DNA of 64,000 nt, taken from NCBI GenBank assembly GCA_963713925.1, contig OY970212.1:1216001-1280000 (forward strand), in the 5' to 3' direction. Of the stretch, positions 1 to 10,643 are shown in pieces. Numbering within the stretch: the stretch's first letter is position 1; each line of letters begins with the position of its first letter. Under the pieces are notes generated by a model. It saw nothing but the letters and a program-made list of their open reading frames with translations, had not been told where the DNA came from and did not search any database. Made by a program: the position numbers and the translations under genes. Source of the DNA: an uncultured bacterium. GTDB taxonomy: Bacteria; Babelota; Babeliae; Babelales; Vermiphilaceae.

Positions 1-130
1 GTATGTAAGCTAACCTCCGACACGCAATATTTTAATCATCTCAAGCATAGGCAAGAAAAAACTATCCTTGCCAAAGCACCGATATTTGTGCCAATACTAT
101 TTCCAAAAAGAGTTCTTCAGGGAAACAAGT

Positions 131-820
131 ATGAAATATTTTTTAATACTATCGATGGCACTCAGTTGTCAGTGCCATTTATTGGCCGGTCAAAAAGGTA
201 AGATTATGAACCATAAAGAAGAAGAGTTTGAAATTCCATTTACCGAAGATTTAATGAAAGAGCACGGTCTCTTAAATCGCGTCTTATTAATTTATGAGGA
301 AATTATCCGCAGAATTGATACAAACACCGAATTTCCGATCATCACACTTTCAAAAGCAGTCACAATCATTAAAGCATTTATCGAAGATTATCATGAAAAA
401 CTCGAAGAGGAATATATATTCCCTCTCTTTGAAAAACACAAAAAAGAAATCAGATTGGTCAGGACATTGAAAACCCAACATGATAGAGGTCGCGAAATTA
501 CTACTCAACTCCAAAAAACAGTCGCCACAACACAACCCTTGGACCAAAAAAACAAAAATCTGATAAAGGGCTTGCTGAAAAAGTTCATTCGTATGTATCG
601 CCCCCATGAAGCGCGCGAAGATACCGTATTATTCCCTCAAATACGCTCATTAATCAGCGAAAAAGAATTCCAAAAACTGAGCGACATCTTTGAAGATACC
701 GAGCACAAACTATTTGGTGAAAACGGTTTTGAAAGTATTTTACAACAAGTGGAATCTATTGAAAAAGAACTCAACATTTACCAATTAGACTTGTTCACGC
801 CGACACATATAGGGAAATAG
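131..820 (+). CDS. Hemerythrin/HHE cation-binding domain protein with N-terminal signal-like segment
   Basis: Motifs LMKEHGLL, EDYHEKLEEEYIFP, QHDRGR and RPHEAREDTVLFP. ATG at 131 preferred over TTG at 68. Confidence 0.8.
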   Translation: MKYFLILSMALSCQCHLLAGQKGKIMNHKEEEFEIPFTEDLMKEHGLLNRVLLIYEEIIRRIDTNTEFPIITLSKAVTIIKAFIEDYHEKLEEEYIFPLFEKHKKEIRLVRTLKTQHDRGREITTQLQKTVATTQPLDQKNKNLIKGLLKKFIRMYRPHEAREDTVLFPQIRSLISEKEFQKLSDIFEDTEHKLFGENGFESILQQVESIEKELNIYQLDLFTPTHIGK

Positions 821-1267
821 ATGATGAATTACAGAAATTTACTATATATGACACTGCTCTCATTTATTTCGATGTATGTGCTCATGTATCTCATGGTTGA
901 TCGATTTGTTAATGTGTATCCAAATTTCAATCAATTCTATATGGCTGGCATTATGACCATTCCCATGATATTAATTGAACTTGTTTTCATGGGATCCATG
1001 TACCATAACAAGAAACTCAACACTACAATTGCGATATTTAGCATAGGCATTTTTGCAGTATTGCTCTTTTTTTTAAGAAGACAAGTTGCAATAGATGATA
1101 AAGAATTCTTAAAATCAATGATTCCGCATCACGCGGGAGCCTTACTCATGTGTAAGTATGCCAAACTACAAGATTCCGAAATTCAAGCGTTGTGCAAAAA
1201 TATAAGCACGAGTCAGCAATCTGAAATTGACTTCATGAAAGCAAAGCTTGAGATACTTAAAAAATAA
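821..1267 (+). CDS. DUF305-family membrane protein
   Basis: Three hydrophobic helices followed by FLKSMIPHHAGA...I..SQQSEI.FM; abuts the upstream stop codon. Confidence 0.75.
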   Translation: MMNYRNLLYMTLLSFISMYVLMYLMVDRFVNVYPNFNQFYMAGIMTIPMILIELVFMGSMYHNKKLNTTIAIFSIGIFAVLLFFLRRQVAIDDKEFLKSMIPHHAGALLMCKYAKLQDSEIQALCKNISTSQQSEIDFMKAKLEILKK

Positions 1268-1438
1268 CAAAACATTCATAATGCGAGAGGCCGATAATCA
1301 ACTGATCATCGGCCTATTAAATTCATTCTACTTGGCTGCCTAATGGCTGCTTCGAAGAATTGGGCCCCAAATTGTAACGAATGTGGAATTTGGGTAAAAG
1401 AATGAAGCGAAACAACGACTTGAAAGCAGTTGAGCGCT

Positions 1439-3226
1439 TCACTGTGCTTTTGGCATCAACCGCAGCCCATATTCTTTGAGCTGCTCATTTTCAACAGGAG
1501 TTGGCGCTTCCATCATGGGGTCAATTCCACGAGCTGTTTTTGGAAATGCAATAACTTCACGAATCGATGGCGCACCGGTCATTAACATGACAAGGCGGTC
1601 AAGCCCGAGCGCGATTCCTCCGTGCGGTGGGAATCCAAGCTCTTGTGCTTCAAGCAAAAAGCCGAACTTCACTTTAACTTGTTCTTTGTTCAATCCTAAC
1701 AATTCAAAAACTTTATCTTGAGTTTGCGCATCATGGATACGAATCGATCCACCGCCAAGCTCAATACCATTCAACACAACGTCATATGCGCGAGCTTTCA
1801 TCTGAGCGGGCTGCAGTTGTTCCCACCCTGCTTGCGGACTCGTGAATGGATGGTGCGCTGCTTCATAACGTTTTGCATCTTTATCATATTCAAAGAGTGG
1901 AAAGTCGGTCACCCAGCAGAAATTAAATTCATCATGCGGAATGATAGTAAGCAACTCAGCAAGTTCAAGGCGAACACGGCCAAGCAGCGTCCACGCTTCT
2001 TTGTAATCGCCTGCAATCAAGAACAATGTGCTCTTGGCGCCAAAGCTTGGAATATGTTGTTTCACTTGTTGGATAAAATCAGCCGGCAAGAAGTTGGCAA
2101 CGGGAGATTCTATCGCACCGTCTTTCACGCGCATCCAAAGTAAGCCTTTGGCTCCCAATTGTTGTGCTTTGGCAACAATGGAATCAAGCTCAGAACGAGT
2201 AAAATCTTTTTGGTCGACATGCAATGCCCCGATTGATCCGCCTTTGTCTAAAATAGCGCGTAAAAATTTCAATTCGGTTGTTGCAAATAATTTTGTAACG
2301 TCCGCGATTGGTAGCCCAAACCGCAAATCAGGCTTATCTGAACCGTAATTTGAGAATACATGATCATAGGTTAGTCGTTTGAAAGGAAGCGACAACTCAA
2401 CATTAAACACAAGCTTCCATAAACGTTGCAAAATACGCTCAATAACACCTTGAATCTCTTTTTCTTCAATAAATGACATTTCCATGTCCAACTGAGTGAA
2501 CTCCGGTTGTCTGTCGGCACGAAGATCTTCATCTCTAAAACAACGGGCAATTTGGAAATAACGCTCCATGCCACTTGCCATTAAAAGCTGCTTGTACAGC
2601 TGTGGCGATTGAGGAAGCGCGTAGAATGACCCATGATGAATACGGGAAGGCACAATAAACTCTCGAGAACCTTCCGGGGTATTTTTTGTTAAAATCGGCG
2701 TTTCGATTTCATAAAAGCCTTCAGCATTCAAAATCTCTCTAATGGCAAAAATCACCTTATGGCGCAATGCAAGTTTGTGATGCATTTCCGGGCGACGCAA
2801 GTCAATATATCGATATTTCAAACGCAATTCTTCATCAACATGTTCCGCCTCATCAAGGGCAAACGGAAGCTGTTTGGATTTGCTTAAAATGGTGAGGCTT
2901 TTAACCTGTAACTCCACATAACCGGTTGGTAATTCTTTATTGATAACATTGGCTGCACGTTCAACCACGGTTCCGGTCACGTTGATAACGTATTCCGATC
3001 TCAATGATTGAGCCACTGTATGCGCCTCAGGAGAGATATGCGGGTCAAAGACGAGTTGCATGAGACCAGTTCGATCTCGAAGATCGACAAAAATAAGCCC
3101 GCCATGATCGCGGCGTCTATTAACCCACCCTGCAAGCGAAATCTCTTTGCCTACCATCGCCTTTGTCACTTGACCACACCCGGTGGTGCGCACAACCGCT
3201 GCCATTGTAAAATCCTTGTTACTCAA
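1439..3226 (-). CDS. aspS: Aspartate--tRNA ligase (probably non-discriminating Asp/Asn type)
   Basis: GWVNRRRDHGGLIFVDLRD, ALPQSPQLYKQLLM, FRDEDLRADRQPEFTQ and PPHGGIALGLDR. Confidence 0.98.
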   Translation of the reverse strand: MSNKDFTMAAVVRTTGCGQVTKAMVGKEISLAGWVNRRRDHGGLIFVDLRDRTGLMQLVFDPHISPEAHTVAQSLRSEYVINVTGTVVERAANVINKELPTGYVELQVKSLTILSKSKQLPFALDEAEHVDEELRLKYRYIDLRRPEMHHKLALRHKVIFAIREILNAEGFYEIETPILTKNTPEGSREFIVPSRIHHGSFYALPQSPQLYKQLLMASGMERYFQIARCFRDEDLRADRQPEFTQLDMEMSFIEEKEIQGVIERILQRLWKLVFNVELSLPFKRLTYDHVFSNYGSDKPDLRFGLPIADVTKLFATTELKFLRAILDKGGSIGALHVDQKDFTRSELDSIVAKAQQLGAKGLLWMRVKDGAIESPVANFLPADFIQQVKQHIPSFGAKSTLFLIAGDYKEAWTLLGRVRLELAELLTIIPHDEFNFCWVTDFPLFEYDKDAKRYEAAHHPFTSPQAGWEQLQPAQMKARAYDVVLNGIELGGGSIRIHDAQTQDKVFELLGLNKEQVKVKFGFLLEAQELGFPPHGGIALGLDRLVMLMTGAPSIREVIAFPKTARGIDPMMEAPTPVENEQLKEYGLRLMPKAQ

Positions 3227-3405
3227 AAATAGAAAAAATTGTTTTAGGATATGTCTTTTACCATAACACAGTTTTTGCTGTTTGCTAAGCAGAATAAGAC
3301 CATATCCGTATCAACAAGAATATTGACTCCGAGAAGCCAAAAAACGTAATGTCATTAGTGCCTTCATAAAAGTATCTTTCAACGGACAAAGGAATTTTAA
3401 GGAAC

Positions 3406-4005
3406 ATGATGTTAAAAAATAAATACATAGCCATAGTATTACTGCTCACATCCGTAGTCTCGCACGCGAAAGATATCATCCTCGAAGTCAAGGGCGCAGG
3501 ATTTATACCTTCAAACAAAATCTATAAAAAGATCTACGGAAACTCCGGAATATTTGGTTTGGAGGGAACATTCAATCTCGGTTGTGATTACTTATATGGG
3601 TTTATAAGTCTTGATTTTGTACACAAAAAAGGAAAATCAATCGGATTGTGTAACCCTACCAAAATTAATTTATTTGAACTTGGCTTAGGATTAAAATGCC
3701 TTGTTCCCTTTTGTGATGCCGGTGACGCATACTTCGGCCTTGGAATACTTCCTACTCATGTTAAAACAAATGATTGCTCACCATTTGTCATACCCGTAAA
3801 CAAAAAATGGACAGTCGGCGGAATAGCAAAGTTTGGCGTGCTCTTTAATATCGGCTGTAATTTCATTTTAGACTTATTTGTCGATTATGCCTTTGTACGA
3901 GCACGATTTTGCTGCTCACAATCTAAAACAGGATTTGTCGAACCACGCACGGCTCATTTGAATGCCACAATAATCGGTGGAGGGTTGGGATATCGATTCA
4001 ATTGA
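3406..4005 (+). CDS. Small outer-membrane beta-barrel protein, Cys-rich
   Basis: Signal peptide, alternating amphipathic strands, C-terminal GLGYRFN beta-signal. Confidence 0.65.
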   Translation: MMLKNKYIAIVLLLTSVVSHAKDIILEVKGAGFIPSNKIYKKIYGNSGIFGLEGTFNLGCDYLYGFISLDFVHKKGKSIGLCNPTKINLFELGLGLKCLVPFCDAGDAYFGLGILPTHVKTNDCSPFVIPVNKKWTVGGIAKFGVLFNIGCNFILDLFVDYAFVRARFCCSQSKTGFVEPRTAHLNATIIGGGLGYRFN

Positions 4006-4030
4006 TCAATATTGTAGAACTCACTTAAAG

Positions 4031-4060
4031 AGAAAGGCCTCGCAATCGCGAGGCCTTTCT
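4031..4060. terminator. Bidirectional intrinsic terminator
   Basis: AGAAAGGCCTCGC-aatc-GCGAGGCCTTTCT hairpin between convergent genes. Confidence 0.8.
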
Positions 4061-4080
4061 TATATTAGATCTATAAAGAA

Positions 4081-4172
4081 GTTCGAATGGTTCGACTTCG
4101 CTCACCGCGAACGGAAGAGGGCCCCCATGCGCAAGCATGGGTAAAAACGGAGAGCAGATTTTTTCGTTTTTT
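4081..4172 (-). repeat. Composite palindromic repeat (family B arm + family C hairpin), copy 1
   Basis: Near reverse complement of 11633-11734 and 36885-36984. Confidence 0.85.
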
Positions 4173-4195
4173 CAGTTTCACAATAAGTCTATTCT

Positions 4196-6232
4196 TTAGA
4201 ACTTAAATTCTAATCCAACGTTAAATGTGAATGCGGCATTATCTCCGATGTTTGGAATCGCAGCAGCTGATTCACCATTTCTTTCAAGCCGCTCAAGCAT
4301 TTTTTGCTGATCAGAGTTGAGAGGGAAACCTTTGATATCGGTATAATGTTGGCCCGGGAAGAATGCCGAAGTGATAACAAAAAGTTTCAAGTTATCATAC
4401 AACATATAATGAGCAAACAAGTTGGCTTCAACACCCAAGAACGGACTTGCGCACTCGTTGATCGGTCTCTTTTTGACAATATCAAATTTTGGAGTGTCAG
4501 AATCTTGCCAGAATGCGATCACGTTTGGCTGTACCCAGACACGATTTTTACAATCAGCTGGATTCCACAATAATCCTGTTCCTAAATACTTCAAGTTTGT
4601 AAAGCCTGAAACGTTTGTTGCGAATTGAGTTGGAGCTTGTACTTGTTCAATTTCAGGAGCGCTCAATGGACGTTTCATCTTTCCGGCACCGCCAAGCACA
4701 AAGGCGCTGCGCACCTTTCTACCTGAGTAGGTTTCTTGCAAACCAATAAATCCGGCATAATCGCCATCTTTCGTTACGAAATTCGGATTGTGATCACCCG
4801 AGGCAATACCACCTTCAAAAGAAAGACGCAAATCTCTGCCAAGCATATAAAATGCGGCGTCTGCTACAAACATCCATCCTTTATAGGTGTTATCGTATTC
4901 ATTGCGGTAACGATTACGGGCATTATACAACGCATTTGGATCGGCAGCCCCAAGAGCAGCCGGAACGATTGGTAAGATATTTCTCAACCCTGCAATTGGC
5001 GTTCCTTCGATCAACATACCGTTATATATTTCTCCGTGCGGATTGTTATCGATTGTATCTTGGGCTGTTTTACCGAGTGTGGAAGGCATGCCGGTAGTCA
5101 GATCAACCGATTTTGGCGCATATGGCAATTGATACAACGAAAGATCTTTCGGAGCACCTTCTGCGCTCGGATTAACGCCAATCAACACATGGCTATTGAC
5201 CACCGTTGACTGACCATTGCGATTTTGGAATTGCAAGGTATTGCGATCCCATCCTCGAACTTCTTGGAATCCTTTATTGAATGCAAATTCAAATCCACCT
5301 TCAAATCGATTATTGATATAATCAACTGCAATACCAATTGTTCCTAACTTGCTTGCCGCATCAGCAGTAAACTCAACGTCTACTTCAGGGTCATTATTAA
5401 ACAAGAAATATAGTTCAATGATAATAGTGTGACCTGAATTTTCATCTAATGGCAACCAACGCAAACGTCCGGCAGCGAGTAAGTTAAGCCGCCCAAATCC
5501 ACGTTGCGGAGTAAGGCGCTGTCCTTTTTCTTGGCTGCGAATTTTTGCACCGGTGTCAGTAATTGAGGCTGAGAAGTTTTCAAGGCATGCAGCATACAAA
5601 TCGTAAAACAAACGATCTTTAATAAATTGACCGGATATTTTTGCCGCAGGCGCAAACTGATCAACCAACCCGTCCACATAGAATCCTAGAAAGTCATGCC
5701 CCACCGCATATGCATCACCAAGCGCAATAGCACGACCCAATTGGAATGGAAAGAATCCGAGCATGAAGGTATGGGGATTATTCAATGGTAATGAAAATGT
5801 CTCAGGAATGGAAAGGCGCAACCAAGCTTCTCGCATCCAAAAAATATGTCGTCCGAAGAAGTGACTATGTTCACCGCCCACAACATCAAGCCACTTACTT
5901 TCTGCTTCGCTGACTGCGGCAAGAGTGCTGGGGTTGCCCCAAACACCTTTATTACGCAAGGTGAAAAAGAATTCAGCAAGAGGGTGTCCTGCGCACAGCT
6001 TTCCATAGGTAACATTAAAATTAAAATCAAGCGTATGACGTTCAAACCAAACCTTATCAAATCCATTAAGGTTATTGAAAAGGCTGAAATTTTTAGCGGC
6101 AAACATATCTTCACGAAGCATACCGCTTATCGAGTAGGCAATATCCTTTTTTTCATCTGTATATTCAGGCAGGCCATATATAGGCAAGGCGCTGATAAAT
6201 AATAAAGAAAGTATACTCTGTTGTATTCTCAT
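4196..6232 (-). CDS. Large outer-membrane beta-barrel (porin/alginate-export-like) protein
   Basis: Signal peptide, amphipathic strands (MREAWLRL, GVEANL), C-terminal GLEFKF. Confidence 0.6.
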   Translation of the reverse strand: MRIQQSILSLLFISALPIYGLPEYTDEKKDIAYSISGMLREDMFAAKNFSLFNNLNGFDKVWFERHTLDFNFNVTYGKLCAGHPLAEFFFTLRNKGVWGNPSTLAAVSEAESKWLDVVGGEHSHFFGRHIFWMREAWLRLSIPETFSLPLNNPHTFMLGFFPFQLGRAIALGDAYAVGHDFLGFYVDGLVDQFAPAAKISGQFIKDRLFYDLYAACLENFSASITDTGAKIRSQEKGQRLTPQRGFGRLNLLAAGRLRWLPLDENSGHTIIIELYFLFNNDPEVDVEFTADAASKLGTIGIAVDYINNRFEGGFEFAFNKGFQEVRGWDRNTLQFQNRNGQSTVVNSHVLIGVNPSAEGAPKDLSLYQLPYAPKSVDLTTGMPSTLGKTAQDTIDNNPHGEIYNGMLIEGTPIAGLRNILPIVPAALGAADPNALYNARNRYRNEYDNTYKGWMFVADAAFYMLGRDLRLSFEGGIASGDHNPNFVTKDGDYAGFIGLQETYSGRKVRSAFVLGGAGKMKRPLSAPEIEQVQAPTQFATNVSGFTNLKYLGTGLLWNPADCKNRVWVQPNVIAFWQDSDTPKFDIVKKRPINECASPFLGVEANLFAHYMLYDNLKLFVITSAFFPGQHYTDIKGFPLNSDQQKMLERLERNGESAAAIPNIGDNAAFTFNVGLEFKF

Positions 6233-6395
6233 TGTTTGTTCCGCATTTAAAAAATAATATTTTCGGTTTTACGATGTGCTTTATTACTAAAAATCACTTT
6301 TTTAAAAAAATGGTTGATGGAGCGTTTTATGATATGCTTATTCAAATTAACAATGGTAAATAAATATCAAATTTTGTCAATTATTACGGGGTTTT

Positions 6396-7268
6396 TTGAT
6401 GAATACGAGACATACTCCCCTTGTCGGAGCGCATATGTCCATTTCGGGTGGATTTGATCAGGCTATCAAAGATGGCCACCAAATTGGATGTACCGCAATA
6501 CAAATTTTCACCAAAAGCAATCGACAATGGGCAGCAAAGCCAATCGCAACTCAAGAGATTGAAGCATTTGAGAATCAAAAAAAAGCATCTCAGATGCAAC
6601 TCGTTGTTGCGCATGCAACCTATTTGATCAATTTAGCCTCTGAAAACAAAGAGGTTCGAGATAAATCCATGGAAGCTCTTGCGATTGAGTTGCAAAGGTG
6701 CGCCCTCCTTTCAATTCCTTACCTTGTACTCCATCCCGGATCGGGGGGAAAGCAAGCCGAAGCTCAAAGTATCGCGCATATCATCAATGGATTGAACGTA
6801 GCCTTTAATGCATCAAAAACAGAATCAGTTACCATTTTGCTTGAAACCATGGCTGGCCAAGGCTCAAGCATCGGCTCACAATTTGAACAAATTGCGACCA
6901 TTTCCCAAAAAAGTGAATATAAAAACAACATCGGGACCTGCGTTGACACCTGCCATATATTTGCAGCCGGCTACGATTTTCGAACCCCCGAAACCTATAA
7001 AGCAACATGGGATTTATTCAATGCAACCATTGGGCTATCAACCCTGAAAGTCATCCATTGCAACGATTCAAAAAAAGAGCTGGGTTCTCACGTAGATCGA
7101 CATGAAGATATCGGCAAAGGCAAAATTGGCCTTGAGGGATTTGCTCACATTATGAATGATAAGCGATTTGATCATGTGGCAAAAATTGCCGAAACCCCTA
7201 AAGACGAAGCGCATCCACTCAAGGATGATGAACGTAATGTTGAGACTCTAAAAAGCCTTATAAAGTAA
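6396..7268 (+). CDS. nfo: Endonuclease IV (AP endonuclease)
   Basis: GAHMSISGG, HATYLINL, LHPG, LETMAGQG, DTCH, HCNDSK, DRHEDIG and ETP motifs. Confidence 0.97.
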   Translation: MMNTRHTPLVGAHMSISGGFDQAIKDGHQIGCTAIQIFTKSNRQWAAKPIATQEIEAFENQKKASQMQLVVAHATYLINLASENKEVRDKSMEALAIELQRCALLSIPYLVLHPGSGGKQAEAQSIAHIINGLNVAFNASKTESVTILLETMAGQGSSIGSQFEQIATISQKSEYKNNIGTCVDTCHIFAAGYDFRTPETYKATWDLFNATIGLSTLKVIHCNDSKKELGSHVDRHEDIGKGKIGLEGFAHIMNDKRFDHVAKIAETPKDEAHPLKDDERNVETLKSLIK

Positions 7269-7965
7269 AAAAGCTCGGAACTCCGGGCTCTGGCAATCAT
7301 TTTCTATTTTTATTTTGGGGTCCCCGGTCGGAATATAATGAAGACTGGGGTCAGAATACGAGTAAGTAATAGACGACAAACTCAAGGAAGCTATAGAGCT
7401 AAGAAGGAATTGTAGCCAAACTTAAGTTCTATCATCTATTACTTTCTCAAAAGCAGTGCTATGCAACCATACAACTCAGAAGGAGTGTATTTCTAGTTCA
7501 TAAGCGAGGACAAGTTTGAATCAAAAACAACAAAAAACAATAAACTTATTTAAACAAAAAAAGCAACAACAAAATAACACCGTAAAATAAGGATTTTTTA
7601 AGAAAATGGCTTATTTTTTTTAAAAAGCAACAACATTTGCAACATGTCGAATTCAGATCATTTACAAAACCCCGAAGACAAAAGGCTTTTACCAACATTA
7701 CGTTACGCTGCATCTGAGGCCCTACTTTCGAAATTACCATTGAACTTTGAACAAATAATGCGTTGCCTAAAGTGGAATAGCAGAGATTTTGGGTATAAAC
7801 TAGTTAAAAATCCACCAACAGTCTGGATGACTCTGGCTCGACCCTCGAAGCTTGGGCGCAAATGCGGGGTCCCATATGAAGAGTAGTGTAGTATGGGTTG
7901 AAATGAAGCTTACGCTAAATTTAGGTAAAAGACTGGGCGAGACAAGCATTTTTTAGAGATTCATC

Positions 7966-8628
7966 GTGAACATAATAAAAAAAGAACAGCTTCTTCCCCT
8001 TGTTGCAAAATATCTTCCAAGCAACCCGGTTATTATAGAAGCGGGAGCCTTTAATGGCTCAGACACTAAACGCCTCGCAGAATTTTGGCCCATGGGAACA
8101 ATCCATGCCTTTGAGCCGGTTCCCAATATCTTTCAGTTGCTTACAGAAAATACCGCCAACTACTCCAATGTCCATCGCCACAATTATGCATTGAGCTCCC
8201 ATGATGGGCAGGCGCTTTTTTATGTTTCAGAAAAGCCAAGTCGACCTGGAAAACCTTTTCAAGCCGGATCGCTGCACAAGCCAAAGGAGCGGTTGAACCT
8301 CTCTGATGCACGCTACCCTCACCAAATAACGGTTCCAACAGTCACGCTGGATACCTGGGCCCGGGAACATAATGTTGCACATATCGATTTTTTATGGCTT
8401 GATGCGCAGGGCCACGAGCTTGAAATTGTAAAAGCTGCGCCGAACATGCTCTCTACAGTTCGCGCACTATGGATGGAAGTACAATTTATTGATGCGTACC
8501 ACAACCAGCCTCGATACCCCGAAGTCGCACAATGGATTGAAGCCCAAGGATTTTCAATTGTTGCGCAAGATTTTAAGAATGAAACAGATTGGTTTTTTGG
8601 CAACATTTTATGCCTGCGTCGTCCTTGA
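7966..8628 (+). CDS. FkbM-family methyltransferase
   Basis: IEAGAFNG, HAFEP, TVTLD and IDFLWLDAQGHE motifs. Confidence 0.9.
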   Translation: MNIIKKEQLLPLVAKYLPSNPVIIEAGAFNGSDTKRLAEFWPMGTIHAFEPVPNIFQLLTENTANYSNVHRHNYALSSHDGQALFYVSEKPSRPGKPFQAGSLHKPKERLNLSDARYPHQITVPTVTLDTWAREHNVAHIDFLWLDAQGHELEIVKAAPNMLSTVRALWMEVQFIDAYHNQPRYPEVAQWIEAQGFSIVAQDFKNETDWFFGNILCLRRP

Positions 8629-8680
8629 CTCAGGGCTGTCTTACTTTAATACCCATTCGAATTCTTCGACTAACGCTTAT

Positions 8681-9074
8681 ACCCCAATTTTTTACCCATA
8701 CTTCGCGAGCTTCGTATGGGCCCAGTTTCGCTTACGCTGCATTGGGGACCCCGAAACCACGAACGGGCCCCGCGCGTGAGCGTGGGTGAAAACGGGCTTT
8801 GTGCCTTTGAGTAGATTAATTTTTTTATTTTTTTGCGTTCGTGGGGTCCCCGATCGTAACGTCAGTGTAGATTGGGGTTATCATGGTGAGCGTAGCATAA
8901 TTTTGGGGTCCCCGATGAAGGGTCCCATGCGTAAGTGCAACGTAAGCATGGGTAAATGGAGCGTAAGCGAAATTGGGCCCCATACGAAGTTTGCGAAGTA
9001 TGGGTAAAAATTGGGGCAATAGCGAAATCATGGGCCCCATGCGTAAGCAATGGGTGAAAATCGAACCATACGAA
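8681..9074. repeat. Dense cluster of nested REP-like palindromes
   Basis: 8681-8743 is an imperfect inverted repeat of ~8955-9016. Several internal TACCC..GGGG(A/C)CC hairpins are shared with other loci. Confidence 0.8.
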
Positions 9075-9222
9075 CTAAGATCAACAGGCTAGTTAGATCC
9101 TTAATCGCTATTCTTGTCTTCAGGCAATATATCAATTACAATTGCACTACATTGCATCAATTCTAAAAATCACGTGATCCATCACAACTGTTGACTTCAT
9201 CAAACCTACAACGGGGAACCGA

Positions 9223-9987
9223 ATGAATAAAAACACAGCCTTTCTGCTCTTTTTTTTAGCCCTCAGTGGTCTTTTCTTATGGAAAAGCACCCTACAAAGA
9301 AAATCTTCTCCTTTGGAAGACCCACGTTTATTAATTGTCGGCACAAATACCGATTTTCGCCCTTTCAGCTTCATTGAAAATAATGAAATTGTCGGTTTTG
9401 ATATCGATGTCATTAAAGAAGTTGCGCACCGCATAGACAAACAAATCATGATCAAGGATATGCCATTTGATAGCCTAATGATCGAATGCATTAAAGGCTA
9501 CATTCAAGTGATTGCCGCAGGGGTTACCGCAACTCCTGAACGCGCAAAAAAAGTGTTGTTTACAACGCCATATATAAATAATGATGCTTTATACATCGTT
9601 ACACTTGCAAACAATGCTCCTATCAATTCCGAAAAAGGTCTTATTGGCAAGCGCGTGATCGTCAATGACGGATTTACTGCCGATTCGTATATGGCAAAGA
9701 AGGAAGGAGTTGAGCTGTTACGAATTCCGACCGTTCTTGATGCTATGAGCTCACTTCGTTTAGGGCGCGCTGATGCATATGTCACTGCCATGAATCCGGT
9801 CAAGCGTTATTTTGATACCGCTCAAAACGAATACCGCTTTGTAAAAATAGAAGGATCAGAAGAAAATTGCTCATTGGCTGTGTGCCCACAATCAAAAGAA
9901 TTATTTGAAAAAATTGAACAAGCAATTCAGACAATGATTAAGGATGGAACCATAGATACGTTTAAGAAAAAATGGGATATAGTATGA
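9223..9987 (+). CDS. Polar amino-acid ABC transporter substrate-binding protein
   Basis: VGTNTDFRPFSF, GFDIDV and ATPERAKKVLFT (SBP family 3). Confidence 0.93.
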   Translation: MNKNTAFLLFFLALSGLFLWKSTLQRKSSPLEDPRLLIVGTNTDFRPFSFIENNEIVGFDIDVIKEVAHRIDKQIMIKDMPFDSLMIECIKGYIQVIAAGVTATPERAKKVLFTTPYINNDALYIVTLANNAPINSEKGLIGKRVIVNDGFTADSYMAKKEGVELLRIPTVLDAMSSLRLGRADAYVTAMNPVKRYFDTAQNEYRFVKIEGSEENCSLAVCPQSKELFEKIEQAIQTMIKDGTIDTFKKKWDIV

Positions 9988-10643
9988 TTGATATCAATTT
10001 ATTTTTACAATCATTGCCCGATTTGTTGCGAGGCACGGTTGTAACTTTACAAATTGCCGTCTTAAGCTGTTTGATTGGCATTACTCTTGGCACCCTCTTT
10101 GGGCTTTTGCAAGCGCGTGGCGGCTCAGTTGCTCGTTCATTGATTACCTTATATGTAACTATTGTGCGCGGCACACCCATGCTTATTCAAATATTTATCG
10201 TGACCTATCTTCTGCCTGAGATCGGCATAAAGCTTCCTCCCTTTTGGGCTGCAATAATTGCAATCGGATGTAATAGTGCTGCGTACGTCAGCCAAATTAT
10301 TCGATCCGGCATTGCGTCGATTGCAACAGGACAAATTGAAGCTGCCAAAGTTTTGGGATTTAGTCCGCTGCAAACCATTTACTATATTATTTTACCGCAA
10401 GCCGTTACCAATGTTCTTCCTTCGATCGGCAACGAACTTGTTACACTTATAAAAGATTCAAGCTTGGCATCGGTCATCGGCGTTGTGGAATTGACAAAGG
10501 AAGGATCTATTTTACGAAGCAGAACGTATGATGTGTTCACAAGTTTTGCAGCTGTTGGTCTTATTTATTTGGTCATTACCTCGCTCATCTCATATGCTAT
10601 CAATCATCTTGAGAAAAGGATGAATATTCATGCTCAGCATTAA
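9984..10643 (+). CDS. Polar amino-acid ABC transporter permease
   Basis: RGTPMLIQ, GQIEAA and LIKDSSL; ATGA overlap with the upstream stop. Confidence 0.95.
   Translation: MIDINLFLQSLPDLLRGTVVTLQIAVLSCLIGITLGTLFGLLQARGGSVARSLITLYVTIVRGTPMLIQIFIVTYLLPEIGIKLPPFWAAIIAIGCNSAAYVSQIIRSGIASIATGQIEAAKVLGFSPLQTIYYIILPQAVTNVLPSIGNELVTLIKDSSLASVIGVVELTKEGSILRSRTYDVFTSFAAVGLIYLVITSLISYAINHLEKRMNIHAQH

Noticed and set aside
7644..7886. 80-aa ORF between nfo and the FkbM gene
   Set aside because: No recognisable motif or RBS, and its 3' end runs into a family C repeat.
8489..9050. Several overlapping 60-96 aa ORFs
   Set aside because: They are by-products of GC-rich palindromic repeats, with no RBS or protein features.
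8681..9074. Possible CRISPR array
   Set aside because: No regularly spaced identical direct repeats with unique spacers, and no cas genes in the window.
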